Origin: an uncultured Bdellovibrionales bacterium
GTDB lineage: Bacteria; Patescibacteriota; Minisyncoccia; Moranbacterales; UBA1568
Assembly: GCA_964624415.1 (NCBI GenBank)
Contig: CAZUWR010000001.1
Span: 3,855-67,854, forward strand
Direction of reading: 5' to 3'
DNA length: 64,000 nucleotides
Shown here one piece after another: positions 1 through 9,340 of this stretch. The first letter of the stretch is position 1. Every line of letters begins with the position of its first letter. Below the pieces are notes generated by a model. The model ran no database searches. It was not told where the DNA came from and saw only the letters and a list, made by a program, of their open reading frames with translations. The position numbers and the translations under genes were made by a program.

Positions 1-160
1 GGTGGAGGCGCCAGCTGATCGGGTGGCGTCTTTGGAAAAATACCAAGCACCGTCATACTTAGCAGGGTTTCCAATCGGGACTTTTTGAGGTATCGTGAAG
101 AAGTAGGCAGGAATAGGTTTTCATAGTACGGATTTTCATTCGACGTATAAGGATTTTTTT

Positions 161-1261
161 ATGCAATTCGCTCAACTCGACACAATACCACAGGTCGTCA
201 ACGTGCTCAAGGTGCTTTCCACCGGATTAATCGCTTTCATATTAGCTTTCGCTCTCACGCCATTATGGACGCATATTCTCTACAAATATAAAATCGGCAT
301 CAAGATCAAGAGTACGGATGTGAACGGTGAGAAATTGACCTATGTGAGCCAGTTGCATGCAAGCAAGTCAGGTACGCCGACAATGGGCGGGGTTATCGTG
401 TGGTTTTCCGTGTTCGTTCTGGCCTTCGCGTCACATTTTTTATTCCCCCTTATTGCCGAGTGGACGGGTAATAATGGTTGGGCGCGATTGGATTTTCTCC
501 GTCGTTCGCAGGTATGGCTGCCTTTGTTTGTGTTGGTGATGGGTGGGTTGCTGGGACTGCTCGATGACTGGATGAGCGTGCGCGGTATCGGCAAGAACAA
601 AGGTGGTGGTATGCGTTTCGCGATGCGCTTTTGGTGGCTCATCACCATAGCTTCCGCCGGCGCGTGGTGGTTTTATGCCAAGCTTGATTGGAATATACTC
701 CATATTCCCGGAGTGGGTGATTTTACCATCGGTTGGTGGTATATTCCTTTGTTTATTTTCGTCATCTTGTTTTCAGCGATTTCCTCCAATGAAACAGATG
801 GTTTGGATGGCCTCAATGGTGGCGTACTTTTGATCGCCTTCGCTTCATTCGCTCTCATCGCCTTTGCGCAGAATAAGATGGATCTTGCTTCGTTTTGCGT
901 GGCGACGACCGGGGCGCTCCTGGCCTTTTTGTGGTTCAATATCTATCCGGCGCGGTTTTTTATGGGAGACACCGGGGCGATGGCGCTCGGGACGACGCTG
1001 GGCGTGGTAGCGATGCTCACCAATTCCGTGATTGTGCTTTTCATTATTGTGTTTATCTATGTCTTGGAGTCGGGGAGCGCGGTTATTCAGCTCACCAGTA
1101 AACGGTTTTTCCATAAGAAGGTTTTTCTGGCAGCACCGTTGCACCATCATTTCGAGGCTCTGGGATGGCCAGAGCCCAAGGTGGTGATGCGCGCGTGGAT
1201 ATTTACGATTGTGACCGCGATGATCGGGGTTATTATCGGCATCCTCGGCATGGGTCGCTAG
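161..1261 (+). CDS. mraY: phospho-N-acetylmuramoyl-pentapeptide transferase
   Basis: 366-aa polytopic membrane ORF with MraY-type motifs NETDGLDGL, FMGDTGAMALG and APLHHHFE. Confidence 0.9.
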   Translation: MQFAQLDTIPQVVNVLKVLSTGLIAFILAFALTPLWTHILYKYKIGIKIKSTDVNGEKLTYVSQLHASKSGTPTMGGVIVWFSVFVLAFASHFLFPLIAEWTGNNGWARLDFLRRSQVWLPLFVLVMGGLLGLLDDWMSVRGIGKNKGGGMRFAMRFWWLITIASAGAWWFYAKLDWNILHIPGVGDFTIGWWYIPLFIFVILFSAISSNETDGLDGLNGGVLLIAFASFALIAFAQNKMDLASFCVATTGALLAFLWFNIYPARFFMGDTGAMALGTTLGVVAMLTNSVIVLFIIVFIYVLESGSAVIQLTSKRFFHKKVFLAAPLHHHFEALGWPEPKVVMRAWIFTIVTAMIGVIIGILGMGR

Positions 1262-1303
1262 AAAGAGGATTCTTCTATTTGGTACATTATTATAAAAATC
1301 TAT

Positions 1304-2359
1304 ATGAAATTACGAAATATCGGAGAGGTTAAAGAAATTGCGGGCAAGAAGATATTGGTGCGGGTGGATTTCAATATCGAGCTTGATGCCGCGCAGAATG
1401 CTGAAGAGCAATTCAAACTCGATGTCGCTAAAAAAACCATAGATTATCTTTTCAAGCGCGGCGCGGCAGCCATTGCTGTGGCGAGTCACTTCGGTCGTCC
1501 GGATGGTAAGCGTGATGAAAAGTTCTCTTTGCAGCCGCTTACGGATGATGCGCAGCGTGCCTTGGGTCGCCCGGTACGGTTCGTCGCCGATTGTCTCGGT
1601 GAGAATGTTGTCAAAGCGCTGGACGCTCTTCCAGTAGGAGAAGTGCTCCTCTTGGAAAACCTTCGTTTTTACGCCGGTGAGGAGGCGAATGATGTCGATT
1701 TCGCTGTTCGGCTTGCTGGACCGTTCGATATGTTCGTCAATGAAGCCTTCAGTGTCTGTCATCGCGCACATGCTTCCGTCGTAGCAATCACGCAGTACCT
1801 TCCCAGCTATGCCGGCTTCCGTTTGATTGAAGAAGTGGCGCAGTTGGAAACGCTGCGTGTCAGTCCGCAGCACCCGGCGGTCGCGATTATCGGGGGTGCC
1901 AAGATCGAAACGAAACTTCCGATTATCAGGATGTTTGAAAAATTATACGATTCAGTGTTGGTGGGTGGTATGATTGCTAATGAGGCAATCGATCAAAAAA
2001 TAGAGTTCGATAGCAATGTCATTTTGCCGCAGGATTTTGTCGGCGAGGGGCGTTTGGATATCGGAGCGAACACTATCGCGCAGTTTGCGGAAGTGATTGC
2101 GACCGCGAAGACTATCGTATGGAATGGCCCGATGGGTAAGTTTGAAGAGAAGCCCTACGATGCCGGTACGCATGGCGTCTTGCAGGCTATTTTGACCAAC
2201 AAGGATGCGCATGTGGTAATCGGCGGCGGAGAATCGCTCGCGGCGGTGGGACGGGAAAATGCCATCGATCGCATTGGTTTCGTGTCCACAGGAGGAGGAG
2301 CGATGCTGGACTTTTTCGGAGGTGTGACGATGCCGGGACTGGATGTATTGAAGGCTTAG
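1304..2359 (+). CDS. pgk: phosphoglycerate kinase (compact form)
   Basis: 351 aa with KKILVRVDFN, SHFGRPDG, LLENLRFY, WNGPMGKFE and STGGGAML motifs. It is shorter than the roughly 390-400 aa I expect for PGK. Confidence 0.9.
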   Translation: MKLRNIGEVKEIAGKKILVRVDFNIELDAAQNAEEQFKLDVAKKTIDYLFKRGAAAIAVASHFGRPDGKRDEKFSLQPLTDDAQRALGRPVRFVADCLGENVVKALDALPVGEVLLLENLRFYAGEEANDVDFAVRLAGPFDMFVNEAFSVCHRAHASVVAITQYLPSYAGFRLIEEVAQLETLRVSPQHPAVAIIGGAKIETKLPIIRMFEKLYDSVLVGGMIANEAIDQKIEFDSNVILPQDFVGEGRLDIGANTIAQFAEVIATAKTIVWNGPMGKFEEKPYDAGTHGVLQAILTNKDAHVVIGGGESLAAVGRENAIDRIGFVSTGGGAMLDFFGGVTMPGLDVLKA

Positions 2360-2383
2360 CAGAAGCATTTTCTGTTAATGAAC

Positions 2384-2412
2384 TTGACAAGAGGCTTTTC
2401 TTGATGTATAAT
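2384..2412 (+). promoter_or_regulatory. sigma-70-type promoter
   Basis: TTGACA (2384-2389), 17-nt spacer, TATAAT (2407-2412). Confidence 0.6.
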
Positions 2413-2483
2413 GGAAAATCGCCCTGGCAGTGTCTGGAGCGAGTTATTTACCAACAATCACAACTTACCCTAAGGAGGTCATT

Positions 2484-3032
2484 GTGAAAAAATGTGTGAG
2501 AGGAATGCTGATACTTTTGGCATCAGTAAGTTTGATCGGATGTTTTCCGCCGTATGATTTTGAACGCTCGGCCATCGAGAGTTCAAGCCGTTTCGATAAC
2601 AGCTTGATAGTAGATGATTTGGAACGCGAAGCGATGGAGAAGCAAGCTGGTGAAGCGATCATTTATCGCAACGGTGAGTTTGCTTATCAAGTCACACCAT
2701 TGCAAATGCGGTATGACAATCGCACGGGCAAAGTGTGTCGCGATTACCAGACCGATGTCATCTTCCGTGGCGATCAAAAATCCGCAAGGAAAACAGCTTG
2801 CAAGTATAGCGGGCAGTGGTATATCGTCAGTATCGATGGAAGATCCACGATACAGTCACGACCACGGTATGCTGTTGTGCAGAATTGGTATATGAATTAC
2901 GGCTCTCCGGGATTCGGTGTACCGGCATGGGCGCAGGGTTTCGGGTATGTCAGTCCGATGTTCGGCCCCATGTTCGGCGGATATCCCCGTACCGGTTTTG
3001 GAGGCGGGGTATATTTTAACGGACGATGGTGA
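2484..3032 (+). CDS. putative lipoprotein, Gly/Phe-rich C-terminus
   Basis: GTG at 2484 lies 5 nt after AAGGAGG (2472-2478). The signal peptide ends in a lipobox-like LIGC. The upstream ORF-track start at 2430 has no RBS. Confidence 0.6.
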   Translation: MKKCVRGMLILLASVSLIGCFPPYDFERSAIESSSRFDNSLIVDDLEREAMEKQAGEAIIYRNGEFAYQVTPLQMRYDNRTGKVCRDYQTDVIFRGDQKSARKTACKYSGQWYIVSIDGRSTIQSRPRYAVVQNWYMNYGSPGFGVPAWAQGFGYVSPMFGPMFGGYPRTGFGGGVYFNGRW

Positions 3033-3192
3033 AGTATATGAGGCGTTTGGATGGAGTGATATTTGCACAAGCAAGTACGCTTTCATTCCAAACGCTTTTT
3101 TCTTTGGCAAAAAACACGCTGTCGTGCGCAAACAAAGTCTTCTACCGATATATATGCTATACTATGACCGTAATATGTTAAGGAGATAATGT

Positions 3193-4458
3193 ATGTCAAA
3201 GGTACAGACGATTGTAGGACGAGAGATCCTTGATTCACGAGGGAACCCGACCGTGGAAGTGGCAGTAACACTGGAAAGCGGCGTGTCCGCGGTGGCGATG
3301 GTGCCCTCCGGAGCCTCGACCGGCGAGTGGGAGGCAGTGGAGCTGCGTGATGGTGATGCCAAACGCTATGGCGGCAAGGGTGTTTTGAACGCCGTGAAGA
3401 ATGTGAATACGGAATTGGCGCAAGCGGTTATCGGTATGGACGCTTCCGAACAACGAGCGATCGATGAGGCGATGATTGCCGTGGATGGAACGGAAAATAA
3501 AGGACGATTGGGTGCTAACGCCATCTTGGGTGTTTCTTTGGCCGTGGCTCGCGCACATGCCCTCGATTCCAAACAAACCCTGTATACCCATATCAATACG
3601 CTGCTGGCAAATGAGAGCAAAGTTGCTTTGCCGGTGCCGATGTTTAATGTCCTCAATGGCGGTATGCACAGTGACTCCGGTCTTGCGATTCAGGAATTTA
3701 AGATTGTGCCGATCGGTATCAAGCCGTACGCTGAGCAGTTGCGTGCCGGGAGCGAAATCTTTCATGCGCTGAAAAAAATCCTCGAAAAGGACGGTTTTGT
3801 AACCAGTGTGGGCGATGAAGGCGGATTCGCGCCAAGACTCCAGAGCAATGCGCAGGCCTTCGAAGTCATCATCCAGGCTATCAAAGCGGCCGGTTATGAG
3901 CCGGGCACACAGGTGGCGCTCGGCATCGATGCAGCAGCCAGCTCTTTTTACAACGATACCGAAGATCAGTATGTGCTCAAGCCCGAAGGTGTGAATATGT
4001 CTCGTGAGAGTCTGATCGCAATGTATCGTGAGTGGATGAGTAAGTACTTCATCATTTCCATCGAGGATGGTCTGCACGAGAATGACTGGGAAGGCTGGGC
4101 TACGATGAAGGAGAAACTGGAGAAGGAAAATGCCGACATAATGCTTATCGGTGATGATCTACTCGTGACCAATCCGAAACGTTTGGCCCGTGCTATCGAG
4201 GAGAAGTCTTGCAATGCGGTGCTTATCAAGCTCAATCAGATCGGTACGCTGAGCGAAACACTTGAGTGTATCCGTATGGCCCAAGCGAACAACTATCGCG
4301 TGGTGGTGTCGCATCGCTCCGGTGAGACAACGGATGATTTTATCGCCGATCTGGCCGCAGGTACCGGCGCCGGCTTCATCAAAACCGGATCGCTGTCCCG
4401 AGGAGAGCGCCTGGCGAAGTACAATCGCTTGCTCGCGATCGAAACGGAAATCGCGTAA
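3193..4458 (+). CDS. eno: enolase
   Basis: 421 aa with SRGNPTVEV, SHRSGETTD and IKTGSLSRGERLAKYNRLL motifs. AAGGAG lies upstream. Confidence 0.95.
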   Translation: MSKVQTIVGREILDSRGNPTVEVAVTLESGVSAVAMVPSGASTGEWEAVELRDGDAKRYGGKGVLNAVKNVNTELAQAVIGMDASEQRAIDEAMIAVDGTENKGRLGANAILGVSLAVARAHALDSKQTLYTHINTLLANESKVALPVPMFNVLNGGMHSDSGLAIQEFKIVPIGIKPYAEQLRAGSEIFHALKKILEKDGFVTSVGDEGGFAPRLQSNAQAFEVIIQAIKAAGYEPGTQVALGIDAAASSFYNDTEDQYVLKPEGVNMSRESLIAMYREWMSKYFIISIEDGLHENDWEGWATMKEKLEKENADIMLIGDDLLVTNPKRLARAIEEKSCNAVLIKLNQIGTLSETLECIRMAQANNYRVVVSHRSGETTDDFIADLAAGTGAGFIKTGSLSRGERLAKYNRLLAIETEIA

Positions 4459-4486
4459 GCATACCGTATCGGAATCGGTTTCGAAT

Positions 4487-4520
4487 AAGACCCGGGAGCA
4501 ACATATGTTCCCGGGTCTTT
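4487..4520. terminator. hairpin between convergent genes
   Basis: AAGACCCGGGA-loop-TCCCGGGTCTT, an 11-bp stem. The T tract is weak. Confidence 0.5.
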
Positions 4521-4546
4521 AGTTATTTCGATGGTTGTAATGCTAG

Positions 4547-5299
4547 TTAATAGCGAGTGCCTTTTGAACGGAGTTGTTGAGTAAAATAAGCGCGTAATTC
4601 GCCATAGGTTTCGATTGTTTTTGGAAATGTTATCCGCAAACTGCATCCCGGGCAGTGCACTATTTTTGATATACCATTTTCATAGCAAAAAATCAATTCG
4701 GAACCGCAGCCATGATTTTTATGAATCCCTAATACTTTCCCTTTTTTTGGCAGAGGATTCTCATCGCGTGTGTGATCAAATATGCCAGGAAGAAATCGAT
4801 CCGGGGGATTGTTCTTGTCCGGAGGAATTTCCGTCAGACAATCGCCCTCGGATGTGATGCGTATGAGTGGTAACGGTTGCGCACGCAGGATCTCTTCTTG
4901 TGTGCGTGATGCCAACACCTCATTGAGATTTTCTGTGCTGGTTTTTCGGGACACATCTGCCAGGATGCTGAACAGGCAATCCAGCCAACCCGTCATCCAT
5001 GCAGCGTTATCTCCTCTTCCGACACGCAGTATTATTTCATCGGAATACCTTGTTTGTGAAGTAAGAACGCGGAAGGGACAATGCGTGTTCACGGTAGCGT
5101 CCTCATAATCATATCCTCGTATTTCATCCATTTTTCCGACTTCGACATGATTCACATCGAAGCCTGCTGATTGCACGACCTCTAGGAGCAATGCCAGTAC
5201 TTCTTTGGAATAGGTATTCCCCTCTGAGGGACGTGTAAAGAATTTCGCGTAAAATTCTGCGAAACGTTTTGCAATATCGGTAACATTTTGAGTGTTCAT
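4547..5299 (-). CDS. hypothetical protein with C-terminal four-Cys zinc-ribbon-like motif
   Basis: ATG at 5299 is preceded by GGAGGG. The C-terminus reads HGCGSELIFC...HCPGCS. No family recognised. By eye it is AT-richer than its neighbours. Confidence 0.5.
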   Translation of the reverse strand: MNTQNVTDIAKRFAEFYAKFFTRPSEGNTYSKEVLALLLEVVQSAGFDVNHVEVGKMDEIRGYDYEDATVNTHCPFRVLTSQTRYSDEIILRVGRGDNAAWMTGWLDCLFSILADVSRKTSTENLNEVLASRTQEEILRAQPLPLIRITSEGDCLTEIPPDKNNPPDRFLPGIFDHTRDENPLPKKGKVLGIHKNHGCGSELIFCYENGISKIVHCPGCSLRITFPKTIETYGELRAYFTQQLRSKGTRY

Positions 5300-5609
5300 A
5301 TTCCCTCCAAAAGGAATGTAGTTGAAAGAACAAATACGTATCTTGGAAACAAGATAGCTATCAGACTCTAGCATAACAAGGCATATTTGTCCAATTGAAA
5401 GAACCGCCTCGTCCACTTGAGGCGATTTTTGAAGAATGCTATAGTAAAAGCATATCTCGGGTATTTTTTGAGGCAATGTAAGGAAGTCAGTTGTCCTAAA
5501 AAATCAGACAACTAAAATTGGAATGGGAGTGGTAGTGTAGTAAATAAGAAAAACATGAAAGTTTGACACAGCAAGCCGAGAAGTTTCTTATCAAATAAAA
5601 AATAATCGC

Positions 5610-6047
5610 ATGACCTTACATCAACTTCAAAAGATAGGTAACTCCTTAGACTGCCCCGTTGCCATTATTGTAAAAAATGGGAAAATTCTTCATGGTCTCA
5701 GGAATTATACTGAAGACAAGTGGAAAAAAATATCTGTCTGGACGCTTCCGGGAGGTCGATGTGACGAAGGTGAGACATTGGAACAAACTCTTCGCAGGGA
5801 AGTTGAGGAAGAGACCGGTATAACCGAGCTTAAAATTATGGATTATATCGGTGAGACTCCAGGCGCTAAAGAAGGGGATAATGCTTTTATATTTTTTGCA
5901 ACGACTAAACAGGAAGCGATACTTATGGAGCCGGAAAAATTTTCTGAATGGCGATGGGTATCGATTGATGAATACTTGCAAGGAGGCTTGTACAGCTTAA
6001 TGAATCCAGCTGCGCATGTGATGATTAGCAATTACTTAAAGAAATAA
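5610..6047 (+). CDS. NUDIX hydrolase
   Basis: The Nudix box GRCDEGETLEQTLRREVEEETGI matches Gx5Ex7REUxEExGU. Confidence 0.85.
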   Translation: MTLHQLQKIGNSLDCPVAIIVKNGKILHGLRNYTEDKWKKISVWTLPGGRCDEGETLEQTLRREVEEETGITELKIMDYIGETPGAKEGDNAFIFFATTKQEAILMEPEKFSEWRWVSIDEYLQGGLYSLMNPAAHVMISNYLKK

Positions 6048-6051
6048 CCAT

Positions 6052-7056
6052 ATGTCAAAAATCATTTGTATCGGGTCGGCGTCGAAGGATATCTTCTTTC
6101 CTACGGGAGAGGGGATTTTGATGGACACTCCGGAAGATATCACCGCGCAGAAAAAGGTGGCTTTTGAAGTGGGAGCGAAGTATCAGGTGGAAGATCGTTT
6201 TGAGGCAGTGGGCGGTGTGGCGGCCAACTGCGCGCAGGGCTTGGCGCGTTTGGGGCTGGAAGTGTCGACGTATTCGTGTGTGGGCGATGATCAGATCGGC
6301 GATTGGGTGGTGGAGTCGCTACGCGATGAGCATGTCGGGACGGAGTTGGTTGAGCGAAGGCCAGGCGCGCAGACGGACCTTTCGGCTATTTTGGTGTTCA
6401 CTCAAAACGGCGAACGGACGATTTTTTTCAACCGCGATGCCAATGAGCTCTTGCAAGTAGATGGAGAGAAATTATCGGGTGCGGAGTGGATTTTTGTGAG
6501 TGCACTCAATGGGGCATGGCAGGAGAATCTGCGGACAGCAGTGGCTGCCGCACAAGAAAACAACATCAAGCTCGCCCTCAATCCCGGTCAGCGCAATATG
6601 AAAGACGATGTGGCGACAGTACTTGAAGCGGTGAAGGTAGCGGATGTATTGCTCGTGAATAAAGATGAAGCGATAGAGCTCGTGCTCGGCATGGGACAAG
6701 CTTCTTCGGAAGCCTTGCAGGATGAGTTGTTTCTTATTAAGTCATTGCACGCGTATGGCGCGAAAGTGATCGGGATGACGGACGGTATTCGTGGAGCGTG
6801 GGGCTATGATGGCGAGTGTATCATCTTTGTCGATGTGCTCAGGCAGAAGGCGGTCGATGCGACCGGATCGGGTGATGCGTTCGGGAGCGGATTTTTGGCA
6901 GCGCAGATACAGGGGCTCGGATTAGAGCAATCGCTCCGCTTCGGTATCGTGAATGGTGGCAATGTCGTGCGTTTCTATGGCGCCAAGGAAGGATTGCTTC
7001 ATGCGGATGTTATCGAGGCGCTGGCGCAGCAGGTGAATGTTACGACGCTCTTGTAG
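6052..7056 (+). CDS. PfkB-family carbohydrate/nucleoside kinase
   Basis: 334 aa with GGVAANCA in the N-terminal region and the PfkB signature DATGSGDAFGSGFLAA near the C-terminus. Confidence 0.8.
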   Translation: MSKIICIGSASKDIFFPTGEGILMDTPEDITAQKKVAFEVGAKYQVEDRFEAVGGVAANCAQGLARLGLEVSTYSCVGDDQIGDWVVESLRDEHVGTELVERRPGAQTDLSAILVFTQNGERTIFFNRDANELLQVDGEKLSGAEWIFVSALNGAWQENLRTAVAAAQENNIKLALNPGQRNMKDDVATVLEAVKVADVLLVNKDEAIELVLGMGQASSEALQDELFLIKSLHAYGAKVIGMTDGIRGAWGYDGECIIFVDVLRQKAVDATGSGDAFGSGFLAAQIQGLGLEQSLRFGIVNGGNVVRFYGAKEGLLHADVIEALAQQVNVTTLL

Positions 7057-7116
7057 ACGCGTTTTGGTGCTATCAGGCTGGGAATAACCGATTAGAGAGG
7101 CTTTTTTGGTCACTTC

Positions 7117-7145
7117 TTGACAAAATTCGTTTTATGCGCTACACT
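7117..7145 (+). promoter_or_regulatory. sigma-70-type promoter of cspA
   Basis: TTGACA, 17-nt spacer, TACACT. It leaves a 5' UTR of about 75 nt. Confidence 0.6.
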
Positions 7146-7223
7146 GTAGAGGTGTATAGACACGAAAACAGAGTCGAGTTTTTAGCCGTTAGTATATAAA
7201 TAAGAAGTTTTAAGGAAAATCGT

Positions 7224-7421
7224 ATGCAAGGAACAATTAAGACGCTCACAGACAAGGGATTTGGTTTCATTTCTCGCGAAGGTGAGACAAAGGATCTTTT
7301 CTTCCACTCTAAGGAGTTGGTAGGAGTAACTTTCGAGGAATTGAAGGTTGGTGATGTGGTTACTTTCGAGTTGGTAGACACCCAGAAGGGTCCTGCCGCA
7401 ACAAACGTATCCCTCGCGTAA
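7224..7421 (+). CDS. cspA: cold-shock protein (CspA family)
   Basis: 65 aa with the GTIKTLTDKGFGFI RNP-1-like motif, a long 5' UTR after a consensus promoter, and a strong terminator. Confidence 0.9.
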   Translation: MQGTIKTLTDKGFGFISREGETKDLFFHSKELVGVTFEELKVGDVVTFELVDTQKGPAATNVSLA

Positions 7422-7440
7422 GCTTTTATAGCTTGAGAAA

Positions 7441-7471
7441 AAACACTCCCCTCACGGGGGGTGTTTTTTTG
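7441..7471 (+). terminator. intrinsic terminator of cspA
   Basis: ACACTCCCC-TCAC-GGGGGGTGT followed by T7. Confidence 0.8.
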
Positions 7472-7646
7472 ACGCTCATTTTCAAAGAAGCTATACTGAG
7501 AGGAGAAAGACCTTTTGAAAATAAAGTGTATTTCTTTATGAAAAGTATTTTTTCTCAGCCGAGGCGAGTACGCCAATGGCTTAAGAAAAAATCTTTTCAC
7601 AAGAAATACTATTCGAATTGTACGTATCACTAAAATAGTCTCAGCT

Positions 7647-8207
7647 ATGAATGTATCAAAGACAGCAATAGAAGGATTGCTCATTATCGAACCGAAGGCC
7701 TTTGCGGATGATCGGGGGTTTTTTATGGAAGTATATAATCACGATCGGTATGTGGAGGCAGGTATCACCGAACTGTTTGTGCAGGACAATGTCTCGGTGT
7801 CCAAGAAGGGGACACTGCGCGGACTGCATTATCAGGTGCCTCCGTTCGCTCAAGGTAAGCTGGTGCAGGTATTGCGCGGATCGGTACTCGATGTGGCAGT
7901 GGATATCCGAAGCGGCTCACCGACATTCGGGAAATATGTTGCGGTCGAGCTTTCGGCGGAGAACAAAAAACAGTTCTGGATTCCAGCGGGTTTCGCTCAT
8001 GGTTTTGTCGCTTTGGAAGACGAAACGATTTTCAGTTACAAGTGCACCAATCCGTATTCGCCGGAACATGATCGAGGTATTGTGTGGAGTGATTCGGAAA
8101 TCGGTATACAGTGGCCGTTTTCGGTTTCGGAGCTCTTGATTTCCGAGAAAGATGCCGCGCAGCCAAAGCTTAAGGATATCGCACGTGAATTCGTGCAATC
8201 GATTTGA
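7647..8207 (+). CDS. rfbC: dTDP-4-dehydrorhamnose 3,5-epimerase
   Basis: 186 aa with RGLHYQ, GKLVQVLRGSVLDVAVDIR and IPAGFAHGF motifs. Confidence 0.9.
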   Translation: MNVSKTAIEGLLIIEPKAFADDRGFFMEVYNHDRYVEAGITELFVQDNVSVSKKGTLRGLHYQVPPFAQGKLVQVLRGSVLDVAVDIRSGSPTFGKYVAVELSAENKKQFWIPAGFAHGFVALEDETIFSYKCTNPYSPEHDRGIVWSDSEIGIQWPFSVSELLISEKDAAQPKLKDIAREFVQSI

Positions 8208-8258
8208 TTTTTCTCTGCTGTAATCGCTGGGGTATGCATAAGAAAATAGGGGCAAGAA

Positions 8259-8305
8259 TTTTTCAGAACCACATGCGTACTCGCATCGGTCTTGAAAAAT
8301 TACTT
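8259..8305 (+). repeat. intercistronic long-hairpin repeat, copy 1
   Basis: TTTTTCAGAACCACATGCGTACTCGCATCGGTCTTGAAAAATTACTT, between rfbC and rfbB. Confidence 0.6.
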
Positions 8306-8350
8306 GAACATATTTTCTGACACACTTATACGAATAATAATTGTATTTTT

Positions 8351-9331
8351 ATGAAACTTTTAGTCACGGGCGGAGCGGGATTTATCGGGTCCAATTTCAT
8401 CCACTATATCCTCAAGAAATATCCCGAGTACAGCGTGGTCAATCTGGATGCTTTGACGTATGCAGGCAATCCGGAAAACGTGCGGGAGTGGGAAGGTGAC
8501 CCGCGGTATACTTTCGTTAAGGGGGATATTTGCGATGCAGAGCTTGTGGAAAAATTGGTGCAAGGTGTCGATGCTATCGTACACTTTGCTGCCGAGTCGC
8601 ATGTCGATCGCTCTATCTTGGATGCGCATTCATTCGTGCAGACCAATGTGATTGGAACGCAAACGCTTTTGGATGCCGCTCTGCACAATGACAAGAAGCG
8701 TTTTCATCATGTCTCGACCGACGAGGTCTTCGGTGCGCTCAAACCAGAAGATGAGCCGTTTTCAGAGAAGACACCCTATGACCCGCGCAGCCCGTACAGC
8801 GCTTCGAAGGCCGGATCCGATCATCTGGTGCGGGCGTATTTCCACACCCACGGACTACCGGTGACGATTTCCAATTGTTCCAATAATTATGGCCCGTATC
8901 ATTTTCCGGAAAAGCTGATACCACTGGCAATTACTAATCTAATGGAAGGGAAGCAGGTGCCGGTCTATGGCGACGGGATGCAGGTGCGCGATTGGCTTTT
9001 TGTCGAGGATCACTGCCGTGCCATCGATTTGATCGTGCATCAGGGGGCGCTCGGTGAGACCTACTGTGTGGGTGGGGCATCGGAGCGCGCCAATATCGAT
9101 ATCGTGAAGCAGCTGCTCAAGCTTATGGGCAAGGATGAAACGAGTATTGAGTATGTGACCGACCGGCTCGGGCATGATCGGCGCTATGCTATCGATTTTT
9201 CAAAAATCAAAAAAGAACTCGGATGGGAGCCGACCGTGACCCTCGAAGATGGACTCAAGCAGACCGTTGAGTGGTTTACAGAGAACGAAGGCTGGTGGCA
9301 GCGCATCAAGTCGGGGGAGTATAGAAAATAA
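8351..9331 (+). CDS. rfbB: dTDP-glucose 4,6-dehydratase
   Basis: 326 aa with the Rossmann motif VTGGAGFIGSNF, YSASKAGSD (YxxxK) and DRRYAID. Confidence 0.9.
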   Translation: MKLLVTGGAGFIGSNFIHYILKKYPEYSVVNLDALTYAGNPENVREWEGDPRYTFVKGDICDAELVEKLVQGVDAIVHFAAESHVDRSILDAHSFVQTNVIGTQTLLDAALHNDKKRFHHVSTDEVFGALKPEDEPFSEKTPYDPRSPYSASKAGSDHLVRAYFHTHGLPVTISNCSNNYGPYHFPEKLIPLAITNLMEGKQVPVYGDGMQVRDWLFVEDHCRAIDLIVHQGALGETYCVGGASERANIDIVKQLLKLMGKDETSIEYVTDRLGHDRRYAIDFSKIKKELGWEPTVTLEDGLKQTVEWFTENEGWWQRIKSGEYRK

Positions 9332-9340
9332 TGAAATAGT

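Noticed and set aside
2-88. Open frame running off the left window edge
   Set aside because: Only 28 codons are visible and no motif is recognisable. It may be the 3' end of an upstream gene, but this is unsupported.
3235-4077. 280-aa minus-strand ORF
   Set aside because: It is antisense to eno.
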